This document shows, one piece after another, positions 53,955-62,154 of a DNA stretch of 64,000 nt (positions within the stretch are counted from its first letter, which is position 1; every line of letters begins with the position of its first letter). Location of the stretch: positions 16,960 to 80,959 of the forward strand of contig CAIUMO010000001.1 of assembly GCA_903900345.1 (NCBI GenBank), written 5' to 3'. Both the position numbers and the translations under genes were made by a program. A model generated the notes under the pieces. It was not told the origin of the DNA and ran no database searches. It worked only from the letters and a program-made list of their open reading frames with translations. Origin of the DNA: an uncultured bacterium. GTDB lineage: Bacteria > Patescibacteriota > Saccharimonadia > Saccharimonadales > Saccharimonadaceae.

Positions 53955-54872
53955 ATGAAGCAATATTTGGAACTTCTGCAAGACATCAAAGATAACGGCG
54001 TGGCTAAATCTGACCGCACTGGTACTGGCACCAAGAGTGTTTTTGGTCGTCAAATTCGATTTGACCTTAGCCAAGGCTTTCCAGCTGTTACTACTAAAAA
54101 ACTGTTCTTGCGCGGTATAATTCATGAATTACTTTGGTTTTTACAGGGTGATAGCAATATTGAATACCTGGTTCAAAATGACGTTCATATCTGGGACGAA
54201 TGGCCATATCGAGCCTATTTGGCGGCAATTGGCAAATCAATTCCAGACAGCAATTCTGACGAGTGGCGCAACGGGCTGCAAGAGTTCACTGAAAAAATCA
54301 AAACCGATCATGAGTTTGCTTTAAAATATGGCGAATTAGGCCCAGTCTATGGCCACCAATGGCGTCACTGGCCTGATGGCAAAGGTGGTGAAATCGATCA
54401 GATCGCTGACGTCGTCAATACTCTTAAAAATAATCCTGATTCACGTCGTATTATCGTCTCGGCTTGGAATGTAGCCGATATTCAAGAAATGGCCAAAGCT
54501 GGCCTGCCACCATGTCACAGCTTATTTCAATTTTATGTCACTGATGGCAAACTTAGCTGCCAACTGTACCAACGTAGCGCCGACACACTGCTGGGTGTAC
54601 CATTTAACATCGCTTCATACGCCCTGCTAACTATGATGATGGCACAAGTAACTGGGTTACAAGTTGGCGAATTTGTTCATACCTTTGGCGATGCTCATAT
54701 TTATTTGAACCACCTGACACAAGTCGACTTGCAATTATCCCGCCAACCCAAAGACTTGCCAAAAATGATTATCAATCCAAATGTCAAATCAATTTTTGAC
54801 TTCAAGATCGAAGACTTCACCCTGGAAGGTTACGACCCATACCCAGCCATCAAGGCCCCAATTGCGGTTTAA
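53955..54872 (+). CDS. thyA: Thymidylate synthase (ThyA)
   Basis: 305 aa. [18 protein letters not shown] (catalytic Cys), [20 protein letters not shown] and a C-terminal KAPIAV. Confidence 0.96.
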   Translation: MKQYLELLQDIKDNGVAKSDRTGTGTKSVFGRQIRFDLSQGFPAVTTKKLFLRGIIHELLWFLQGDSNIEYLVQNDVHIWDEWPYRAYLAAIGKSIPDSNSDEWRNGLQEFTEKIKTDHEFALKYGELGPVYGHQWRHWPDGKGGEIDQIADVVNTLKNNPDSRRIIVSAWNVADIQEMAKAGLPPCHSLFQFYVTDGKLSCQLYQRSADTLLGVPFNIASYALLTMMMAQVTGLQVGEFVHTFGDAHIYLNHLTQVDLQLSRQPKDLPKMIINPNVKSIFDFKIEDFTLEGYDPYPAIKAPIAV

Positions 54873-54887
54873 TCAAAATAGCACCAT

Positions 54888-55201
54888 CTCGCTTCACGGG
54901 TCCTGCAACTCACTCCGCCCCCAAGTTTCTCATTTCTGCCGCCTCCCCTCACTTACCTTTATTCTAAGCAGCACACTCTACCAGGTACGCTTTCGCCCGT
55001 TACAATCTAACGGGGAAAACGTAGCCTATGGCGTTCGGCTGGTCCTGGTAGCCCACAGTCTGCTCAGTAATAAATGTAAGTGATGGGAGGCGTATTTAGA
55101 CTACTTTGACAGAATTGACTCTTTGGCCCTGGCCTTAAGTAGCAGACTTAGACGGGTGACGCGAGGCGGGGCGGACCGAGCGGCAGGACCCGTGGGGTGG
55201 G
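54888..55201 (+). ncRNA. Candidate structured RNA or MITE-like GC-rich element of unknown family
   Basis: Nested long-range helices: 54888-54921/55168-55201, 54940-54956/55076-55092, 54964-54985/55044-55067, and a hairpin 54996-55014. About 73% G+C in 55141-55200. G.U pairs favour the + strand. A partial copy lies at 5003-5162. Confidence 0.45.
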
Positions 55202-55222
55202 CGGGGCTTAAGTAGTGTATTT

Positions 55223-55705
55223 CTAACTTCGCGCGTAAGTCACGAATGAATAATTGTATTTATTTTTATCATCTGCCTGATGGTCTTCACGGGCGACTTC
55301 GTGCCAGTCATTCATTAAAGTCGGAAAGTAGGTATCGCCATTAAACGAAGCATCAATTTCAGTAGCGATGATCTGATCAGCGCTAGATATAGACTGCGCG
55401 TAGATCTGTCCACCGCCAATAACATAAATATCTTTACTGGCGTCAGCAATTTCAAAAGCTTCTTCTAGACTATGTATAATATCCACACCATCAATCTGTA
55501 GAGGCTGCCTAGTAATAACGATATTCTGACGATTTGGTAAAGGTTTACCGATTGAATCGAATGTCTTTCGCCCCATAATCACAACATTTCCAGTCGTCAA
55601 ATCACGAAAGTGCTTCATATCTGCCGCCATATCGCCTTGCCACAATAATTTGTTATCAGCGCCAATTAGACGATTCTTGTCATAGGCAACAATAATATAC
55701 TTCAT
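55223..55705 (-). CDS. folA: Dihydrofolate reductase
   Basis: 160 aa. IGADNKLLW....D...F...[26 protein letters not shown] motif. Confidence 0.93.
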   Translation of the reverse strand: MKYIIVAYDKNRLIGADNKLLWQGDMAADMKHFRDLTTGNVVIMGRKTFDSIGKPLPNRQNIVITRQPLQIDGVDIIHSLEEAFEIADASKDIYVIGGGQIYAQSISSADQIIATEIDASFNGDTYFPTLMNDWHEVAREDHQADDKNKYNYSFVTYARS

Positions 55706-55776
55706 AACTTTATGGTATCAGATATTAACATTATGCTCTACAATATAAATAAATTAGATTCAAAAGAGGGGTAGTT

Positions 55777-56496
55777 ATGGGAGTTTATAGTAATACCGAA
55801 ATTAAACAGGCTATTACCGATGGCATAATTGTCGCGGTGCCTTATAACGAAAATTACGTATCTGAAGCTAGTCTAGATTTCACTTTGGGACATTATTATT
55901 ACAAACAAGAGTTCGAGCAAGATGCCCGTGTCTATAATCCTTTCGACAAAGACGACGTGGCGCGATATTTCAAAGGTCCACTCGAGGCCATTCCACACCA
56001 AGAATGGTGCGAAAAGAACGATCATAGTTTGTTTGATAACATTCCAGCCGACCATCCAATTATCGTCCTGCGGCCTGGTGAACGTATATTGGCGCATACC
56101 CATGAGTTTATTGGTATTCGGGCCAAAGGCGGCGCTTGTGAAGTTAAATCACGTAGCAGCTGGGGACGTAACGGTGTCGCTATTTGCTTTGACGCTGGCT
56201 GGATTGATCCAGGTTATATTAATCGCATCACGCTTGAAATCTACAACCTAAACCAGCACGAGTCAGTTATTTTACCAGTCGGTGAAAGGGTCGGGCAGTT
56301 GATATTTCATCATACCGGACCGGTCGAAGGCGACTACAGTGACGGACGTAATGGTATCAGCGGCAAATACCAACACACTTCAGATTTAGACGAACTTATT
56401 CGCACTTGGTCGCCAACTCAAATGCTACCGCGCTCCTACAAAGACGCTCGCAAAACGGCCGAAGTTATAGCTGGACTACCCGACGGAATTAAATAA
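55777..56496 (+). CDS. dcd: dCTP deaminase/dUTPase-superfamily protein (long form, 239 aa)
   Basis: N-terminal ...EIKQAI..G.I...P........ASLDFTLG and central GWIDPGY...ITLEI.N....V.L..GERVGQL resemble dCTP deaminase. Sits in a thymidylate context. Confidence 0.7.
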   Translation: MGVYSNTEIKQAITDGIIVAVPYNENYVSEASLDFTLGHYYYKQEFEQDARVYNPFDKDDVARYFKGPLEAIPHQEWCEKNDHSLFDNIPADHPIIVLRPGERILAHTHEFIGIRAKGGACEVKSRSSWGRNGVAICFDAGWIDPGYINRITLEIYNLNQHESVILPVGERVGQLIFHHTGPVEGDYSDGRNGISGKYQHTSDLDELIRTWSPTQMLPRSYKDARKTAEVIAGLPDGIK

Positions 56497-57128
56497 TGGC
56501 AACCGGCAAATACATCGTCATCGAAGGCCACGACGGCACCGGCAAATCGACACAGGTTGGCATTGTCCGTCAAAAACTATCCGATTTAGGTATTGAATCA
56601 ATTGAGTTTCACGAACCTGCTGGCAGTCCAATCGCCGATGAAATTAGGACGATTTTAAAAAATGGCGTCTTAAAACGTGACGCCATGACCGAAGCTTTGT
56701 TATTCAGTGCCGCCCGTCACGATATTTGGTTAACTCGGGCTTTGCCGGCATTAGCTGACGGTAAATGGGTGATCGCCGCTCGTAATTATTATTCGACTTT
56801 GGCATATCAAGGCTACGGTCAAAACCTGGATCTAAATTTAATAGAATCAATCACGCATCAATCGACTGATGACCAGTATACGACGCCAGACCTAGCCGTT
56901 ATCTTAGACTTAGATGACGAAAAAATACGCGCCAAACGAATTGAAGCCCGTGGCCAGCTAGAGAATCCTGATGCTTTTGAGTCCAAAGACAATATTTTTC
57001 AATCTACTGTCCGTTCAGGTTATATAAAAGTCGCTAAATCTCGTAAGACTCCAATCATATCAGCCAGTCAATCCATCGACCAAGTTGCTGACGCAATTTG
57101 GATGCATATTGAAAAGCTATTACAGTAA
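56496..57128 (+). CDS. tmk: Thymidylate kinase
   Basis: 210 aa. P-loop IVIEGHDGTGKSTQ and the DR.Y.S..AYQG region. Confidence 0.93.
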   Translation: MATGKYIVIEGHDGTGKSTQVGIVRQKLSDLGIESIEFHEPAGSPIADEIRTILKNGVLKRDAMTEALLFSAARHDIWLTRALPALADGKWVIAARNYYSTLAYQGYGQNLDLNLIESITHQSTDDQYTTPDLAVILDLDDEKIRAKRIEARGQLENPDAFESKDNIFQSTVRSGYIKVAKSRKTPIISASQSIDQVADAIWMHIEKLLQ

Positions 57129-57139
57129 ACTTCTATCTG

Positions 57140-57168
57140 TTGCATTCTGTGAAAACATTTGCTATAAT
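57140..57168 (+). promoter_or_regulatory. Sigma70-like promoter for rplJ-rplL
   Basis: TTGCAT (57140-57145), 17-nt spacer, TATAAT (57163-57168) with upstream TGC. Confidence 0.55.
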
Positions 57169-57369
57169 TTTCACAGACATTACCAAAGACAGTAGCTGTG
57201 CCTGGCACTTAATTCGCTACCGAGGATCATGTAAAACATACATTTTTCGATATAAGTCTTTGGCAGTGCGAGAACCAAGGACTTTTTTCTTGGGACGCAA
57301 CTGTCTAGAACGTTTACAATTTGGTCGAATATATAATTTTACATACAAAACAATTAAAGGAGAATTTTT
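57169..57369 (+). promoter_or_regulatory. Long structured rplJ 5' leader (L10-leader-like autoregulatory candidate)
   Basis: 200-nt untranslated leader. Long-range stem CCAAAGAC (57183-57190) with GTCTTTGG (57256-57263), then CCAAGGACTTTTTTCTTGG hairpin. The ORF-track ORF 57140-57415 here is not credible. Confidence 0.45.
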
Positions 57370-57897
57370 ATGGCAGTTACACGCAATAAAAAGAACACTT
57401 TGGTTGCAAAATTAGTCGAACTATTTGCGACTGCTAAAAGCACAGTTGGGGCAACCTATACTGGCCTAAGCGTAGCTGATTTGCAAGAACTTCGCGCCGC
57501 TGCTCGTAATAGTGATGTCGTTATCAAGGTTGCTAAAAACCGTTTGATTCGCGTTGCTTTATCCGAGAACGACAAATTCAAAACTGCCGACACTAGCTTA
57601 TTAACTGGACAATTAATCTACGCTTTTTCAAGTGTTGACGAAGTCGCTCCAGCTCAAGTTTTAGCTAAATTCGCCAAATCACACCCAGAATTAAAACTGG
57701 TTGCTGGTTTTGACGGATCAGGTGCATCACTTGATACAGCTATGGTCACAGCAATCGCTGAACTACCAACCAAGGATCAACTCCGCGGTCAATTGGTCAG
57801 CGTTATCGCAGCTCCACTTACTGGATTCCTTGGCGTTGCCAATGGCGCACAGCGTGGTTTTGCGCAAGTTTTGTCACAGCGCTCAGAAGCACTATAA
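57370..57897 (+). CDS. rplJ: 50S ribosomal protein L10
   Basis: 175 aa. Precedes rplL. L10 pattern (Y.GLSV.DL.ELR...R......KV.KN.L). Confidence 0.95.
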   Translation: MAVTRNKKNTLVAKLVELFATAKSTVGATYTGLSVADLQELRAAARNSDVVIKVAKNRLIRVALSENDKFKTADTSLLTGQLIYAFSSVDEVAPAQVLAKFAKSHPELKLVAGFDGSGASLDTAMVTAIAELPTKDQLRGQLVSVIAAPLTGFLGVANGAQRGFAQVLSQRSEAL

Positions 57898-57937
57898 TTT
57901 TGTAATCATTTTAAATAATTAATAGGAGAATATAATC

Positions 57938-58333
57938 ATGGCTGAAGAAATTAAGCTATCTGCTGCACAAGCAAAAATCGTTGATGAACTCAACAAGTTA
58001 ACCGCTCTTGAACTATCACAAATCGTAAAACACCTAGAAAACGAATGGGGCGTAAGCGCCGCTGCTCCTGCAGCTGCTGCTGTTGCTGCTCCTGCTGGTG
58101 CTGCTGCTGTTGCTGACGAAAAGTCAGAATACACAGTTAAACTAGCTGAAGCTGGTGCTCAAAAAGTTGCTGTTATCAAAGCTGTTAAAGAAATCACTGG
58201 CCTAGGTCTAGGTGAAGCAAAAGCTATCGTTGATAGCGCACCTTCAACAGTTAAAGAAAAAGCTACAAAAGAAGAAGCTGAAGCTGCTAAAAAACTGCTT
58301 GAAGAAGCAGGCGCAACAGTCGAACTAGTCTAA
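57938..58333 (+). CDS. rplL: 50S ribosomal protein L7/L12
   Basis: 131 aa. Ala-rich hinge and C-terminal domain [24 protein letters not shown]...EEA...KK.LEEAGA.VEL. Confidence 0.96.
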   Translation: MAEEIKLSAAQAKIVDELNKLTALELSQIVKHLENEWGVSAAAPAAAAVAAPAGAAAVADEKSEYTVKLAEAGAQKVAVIKAVKEITGLGLGEAKAIVDSAPSTVKEKATKEEAEAAKKLLEEAGATVELV

Positions 58334-58374
58334 TTTAGTTCATAATATTCGACCAATCATTTGTAAATTGACTC

Positions 58375-58407
58375 AATACCGCCCGTTACAGGGCGGTATT
58401 TTGTTTG
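58375..58407 (+). terminator. Intrinsic terminator after rplL
   Basis: AATACCGCCC-GTTACA-GGGCGGTATT followed by TTGTTTGG. Confidence 0.7.
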
Positions 58408-58534
58408 GATAAAATCTACAACATTATTGCGCTCACATCATAAAATCATGTGGAAAAACTCGGTTATTGTTGACAATATTAATATTCATTGATATACATA
58501 AGGTAGTATTACTACAAAAATAGACAAAAGGAAA

Positions 58535-59065
58535 TTGCGAGTTACCATGTCTGAACTACCAGAAAAACAAGTAAAAAGATTACATTCTCTCATTCAAGAG
58601 GCCGAGACTAATTTGGCAGCTGCCAAAGAGTTATTGATCAGTATTATGGGCGACAACGGCACAGTTATCACACCACGCGCCAGCAGCACCGATGATGCCC
58701 GCGGTAAAGTTATCGAAGGCGTCTTTGATGGTCTTAAGATGGCTGGACCAGATGGCAAAGAATACCCAGTACCAGCTAATTATGCCAGCAAGTCAAAGCT
58801 AGTAGAAGGCGACGTCCTAAAACTAACGATTACTGACGACGGTAGCTTTGTTTATAAACAAATTGGCCCAACCGAACGCAAACAAATTATCGGTACACTT
58901 GTTCAACACGATGGCGCTTATTATGTCGAGGCTAACGGCCGCGAATACCGCATTTTGCTAGCCAGCATAACTTATTTCCGCATTAACGTTAATGATCAAG
59001 TTACAATTATCGTTCCAGCCAACAATCCAGACGCTGTCTGGGCTGCTGTTGAAGCTGCTCTGTAG
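58535..59065 (+). CDS. Conserved-looking hypothetical protein (coiled N-terminus plus beta-rich C-terminal domain)
   Basis: 176-aa ORF with a TTG start; ATG 58547 is an alternative. No family recognised. Confidence 0.45.
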   Translation: MRVTMSELPEKQVKRLHSLIQEAETNLAAAKELLISIMGDNGTVITPRASSTDDARGKVIEGVFDGLKMAGPDGKEYPVPANYASKSKLVEGDVLKLTITDDGSFVYKQIGPTERKQIIGTLVQHDGAYYVEANGREYRILLASITYFRINVNDQVTIIVPANNPDAVWAAVEAAL

Positions 59066-59147
59066 TAGATGGTATAGTTATCTTTGCAAGGATTATCCTT
59101 GCAAGACTTTCGGCTTAATTTATGCTAAGCTAATATTGAATCAAGAC

Positions 59148-59193
59148 GAAAAGAGTTCCGAACGGTTAATACCTAAGGAACTCTTTTCTTTTT
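59148..59193 (+). terminator. Intrinsic terminator
   Basis: GAAAAGAGTTCC ... GGAACTCTTTTC, 12-bp stem, 17-nt loop, followed by TTTTT. Confidence 0.6.
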
Positions 59194-59363
59194 AAACTTA
59201 AATGCTACCTACAATATACCGACTATTGCATTACCTAAACATTAGCAGTATATTAATATCATCACATGAGGTGAAAACAAAAAGCGTAAAAAATACGGCA
59301 TTATACGACCTGGAACGTGCGTATAATTATGGTTAGAGAGTTGAATAGGGGAGAAAACAAACA

Positions 59364-60770
59364 ATGTCCAAAGCATTGTACCGAAAATATCGCAGCAAAT
59401 CACTCGATGAAGTGATTGGTCAAAAGCATATTACCGATATTTTGTCCCGCGCGATTACAAGTGGCCATATATCTCACGCCTACTTATTAACTGGACCACG
59501 CGGCGTCGGTAAAACCTCAGTCGCTAGAATCTTGGCTCACCAGATTAACGATTTAGTTTACGACGAAGAAGCGACCAACTTAGATATTATCGAGATTGAT
59601 GCTGCCAGTAATAACGGCGTCGAAGATGTACGTGATCTACGCGAAAAAGCTCAGATTGCCCCAGTTAGTGCCAAAAAGAAAATCTATATTATTGACGAGG
59701 TTCATATGCTATCCAAGGCAGCTTTTAACGCCTTGCTTAAAACCCTAGAAGAACCACCTGAACACGTTATATTTATCCTAGCAACTACCAATGTCGAGAA
59801 GTTACCGGCGACCATCATTAGTCGTACGCAACGTTTTAGCTTTCGGCCGATTACAATCGATGACACAATTAAGCATTTAGCCAACATCGCCAAACTCGAA
59901 CACATTAAGATTAGCGACGATGCATTGAAGTTGATTGCCGAACATAGCGACGGTAGTTTTAGAGACAGCATTAGCTTGCTTGATCAATTATCAAGCCTAG
60001 TCGACAGCGATAATAAAAAGACAATTACAGCCGAATTAATCGAGAGTACCCTGGGCTTAACTTCTAGTAGTGTGATCGACCAATTAATCGAGGCTGTCGA
60101 GTCAAAGGATTTAGCTAGCGTTGTTCAGATATTAACGACTACACTAGATAACGGTACCAGTACTGCTGTTTTGGCGGCACAACTAACTACGACTATCGGT
60201 GGCCGAATTGCCGATAAACCTCAATTGTTGCCGCTGCTGGACGCCTTGATTGATGTTACTAAAAGCCCACAGCCACAACTAAAGTTACTGAGCGTTCTCG
60301 GTCTGGCGGCAGCGCCAAAACAATCGCCAAAATCAGTCGCTTTGGCGGCACCAATTTACGAAGTCAGCGCTTCAATCGCTGAACTAGAGAAACAAGCTAC
60401 TCGTAAACAGCCCGTCGAGCCAAAACCAGCTTCAACTAGGCCAATCAAGCTAGACGTTGAAAAATTTGATTGGGCCAAATTAGTAGAATATACACGCCAA
60501 AATCACGTAGCACTTTACAGCGTCCTGTCAAAATGCACTCCTGAATTAGACGGTGAAAACCTGAAATTATATACCTGCAACAATTTTTACAAAAAGAAAT
60601 TAGACGACACTAAATACAGCCCACTTTTAGCAAAATGCCTGGAAGAAGTTGGCGTTTTTGGACTAAATATCCACACAATTCCCACAGCTCTTCCACCTAA
60701 GGGCGTTCATGCAGCGGCAATTGCTGCTATTATGGGCGGAGGAGAAGAGGTTTTATTAGACCCCGCATGA
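59364..60770 (+). CDS. dnaX: DNA polymerase III subunit gamma/tau
   Basis: 468 aa. Walker A GPRGVGKTS, Walker B YIIDEVHML, NALLKTLEEPP and SRTQRF. Confidence 0.93.
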   Translation: MSKALYRKYRSKSLDEVIGQKHITDILSRAITSGHISHAYLLTGPRGVGKTSVARILAHQINDLVYDEEATNLDIIEIDAASNNGVEDVRDLREKAQIAPVSAKKKIYIIDEVHMLSKAAFNALLKTLEEPPEHVIFILATTNVEKLPATIISRTQRFSFRPITIDDTIKHLANIAKLEHIKISDDALKLIAEHSDGSFRDSISLLDQLSSLVDSDNKKTITAELIESTLGLTSSSVIDQLIEAVESKDLASVVQILTTTLDNGTSTAVLAAQLTTTIGGRIADKPQLLPLLDALIDVTKSPQPQLKLLSVLGLAAAPKQSPKSVALAAPIYEVSASIAELEKQATRKQPVEPKPASTRPIKLDVEKFDWAKLVEYTRQNHVALYSVLSKCTPELDGENLKLYTCNNFYKKKLDDTKYSPLLAKCLEEVGVFGLNIHTIPTALPPKGVHAAAIAAIMGGGEEVLLDPA

Positions 60771-60777
60771 ATCGAGC

Positions 60778-62127
60778 ATGGCCAACAAAGAAGTTATAGT
60801 CGGGAAGGTCCCACCACAAAATATTGACGCCGAGAAAAGTCTGCTGGGCGCAGTTTTGATTGACGAAGAAACTTTGGCCGATATCTCGGAGCATGTTACA
60901 ACTAAAGATTTTTACGAAAAGCGCCATTCGATTATTTACGGCGGCATGATGAGTTTGTATGAAAAACATCGTCCTGTCGACTTACTGACTTTGACTGAAG
61001 AACTAAAGCGCAAAAAGGAATTAGATACAATTGGCGGTTCGACTTATCTAACTGAACTAACAAATTATGTTCCGACTGCCGCCCACGCCGAAGCTTATGC
61101 CGAATTAGTTGCTCAAAAGGCAGTTCGTCGTCGTTTAATTAAAGCTAGTGGCGAAATTTCGGAACTAGGCTATAACGAAGAAACTACTACCCAAGAATTA
61201 CTAGAAAAAGCTGAAGCTGAGTTATTTTCGGTTAGCGATCAGTCGCTCAAGCAAGATCTGGTAAGTATTGAAAGCATCTTGACTGAAAGTTTTGATCGCA
61301 TGGAAGAATTGCATCGTAATAAAGGCGCCCTACGTGGTGTTCGAACCGGCTACCAAGACTTGGATAATATGACGGCTGGCTTTCAGCGCAGTGACTTGAT
61401 TATCTTGGCCGCTCGTCCAGCTATGGGTAAAACAACCTTGGTTACAAACTTGGCTTATAACGTGGCTACTATCGCTAAACAACCGGTTTTGTTCTTTAGC
61501 CTCGAGATGAGCAAAGAGCAGTTAGTTGATCGTATGCTAGCTGATGCGTCTGGTGTTGATGCTTGGAATATTCGAACTGGTAATTTGTCAGATGATGATT
61601 TTAGTAAACTATCCGAAGCGATGGGTGAATTAGCTGAAGCGCCGATTTTTATTGACGATACACCTGGATTGTCAGTCCTTGAAATGCGAACTAAAGCTCG
61701 TCGAGCTATGCACGAGCAACAACTCGGATTAGTGATAGTCGACTACTTGCAGTTGATGCAAGGTACCGGCGGCAATAATGGCAACCGCGTCCAAGAGGTA
61801 AGCGAAATATCACGTGGTCTGAAATTAATCGCCCGCGAACTTAACGTACCAGTTATTGCCCTTAGTCAGTTGTCACGTTCAGTTGAATCGCGCAGTCCAC
61901 AAATCCCACAACTAGCCGATCTTCGTGAATCAGGCTCAATCGAGCAGGATGCCGATATTGTTATGTTTATTTATCGCGAAGCTTACTATAACCCCGAGAC
62001 TGAACGTGAGAATATTACTGATCTGATCATAGCTAAACATCGTAACGGACCAACCGGCAAAGTCGAATTATACTTCCACCCAGAACGACTACGCTTTATG
62101 TCGCTTGACCGCAAGCACGATGCCTAG
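60778..62127 (+). CDS. dnaB: Replicative DNA helicase DnaB
   Basis: 449 aa. PPQNIDAEKSLLGAVL N-terminus, Walker A ARPAMGKTT, and SQLSRSVESR. Confidence 0.96.
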   Translation: MANKEVIVGKVPPQNIDAEKSLLGAVLIDEETLADISEHVTTKDFYEKRHSIIYGGMMSLYEKHRPVDLLTLTEELKRKKELDTIGGSTYLTELTNYVPTAAHAEAYAELVAQKAVRRRLIKASGEISELGYNEETTTQELLEKAEAELFSVSDQSLKQDLVSIESILTESFDRMEELHRNKGALRGVRTGYQDLDNMTAGFQRSDLIILAARPAMGKTTLVTNLAYNVATIAKQPVLFFSLEMSKEQLVDRMLADASGVDAWNIRTGNLSDDDFSKLSEAMGELAEAPIFIDDTPGLSVLEMRTKARRAMHEQQLGLVIVDYLQLMQGTGGNNGNRVQEVSEISRGLKLIARELNVPVIALSQLSRSVESRSPQIPQLADLRESGSIEQDADIVMFIYREAYYNPETERENITDLIIAKHRNGPTGKVELYFHPERLRFMSLDRKHDA

Positions 62128-62154
62128 ATTGACGTGTTATAATCATAGTTAGAC

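Noticed and set aside
54781-55083. ORF-track ORF (100 aa, +) spanning the thyA 3' end and the GC-rich spacer, and its counterpart 5128-5367 (-) over the other copy
   Set aside because: Both start inside or run into bona fide genes (thyA, rplC) and lack Shine-Dalgarno sequences. They have Pro/Ser/Arg/Cys-rich low-complexity translations typical of GC-rich non-coding sequence. The region is better explained by extensive base pairing.
54888-55201. Identity of the structured element as RNase P RNA, SRP (4.5S/scRNA), tmRNA, 6S RNA or a group I/II intron
   Set aside because: No GGAAAGUCC-type CR-I was found. The single ACAGAA (55109-55114) has no complementary P4 partner. There is no SRP helix-8 GGAA/AGCAGC motif and no T-arm or CCA for tmRNA. 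It is too short for a group II intron and has no domain V. thyA is intact, ending with the canonical KAPIAV before the element starts, so it is not a td-like intron. A formal cmscan is still needed.
57140-57415. 91-aa ORF upstream of and overlapping rplJ
   Set aside because: It starts at the TTG of the -35 box, covers the structured leader, overlaps rplJ out of frame, and has an implausible Cys/Arg/Phe-rich sequence.
58060-58110. GCT/GCA-rich tandem-like repeat
   Set aside because: It encodes the Ala-rich flexible hinge of L7/L12 ([18 protein letters not shown]), which is an expected coding feature.
59066-59363. SRP RNA (scr/ffs) upstream of dnaX, as in Bacillus
   Set aside because: The spacer contains only a small palindrome (59083-59105), a terminator (59148-59193) and AT-rich promoter-like sequence. 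There is no helix-8 motif.
59671-59684. A-rich CCAAAAAGAAAA in dnaX as a programmed -1 frameshift site (tau/gamma)
   Set aside because: It lies in the N-terminal ATPase domain (codons for SAKKKIY before Walker B), not at the domain III/IV boundary. No downstream hairpin or out-of-frame stop arrangement was seen.
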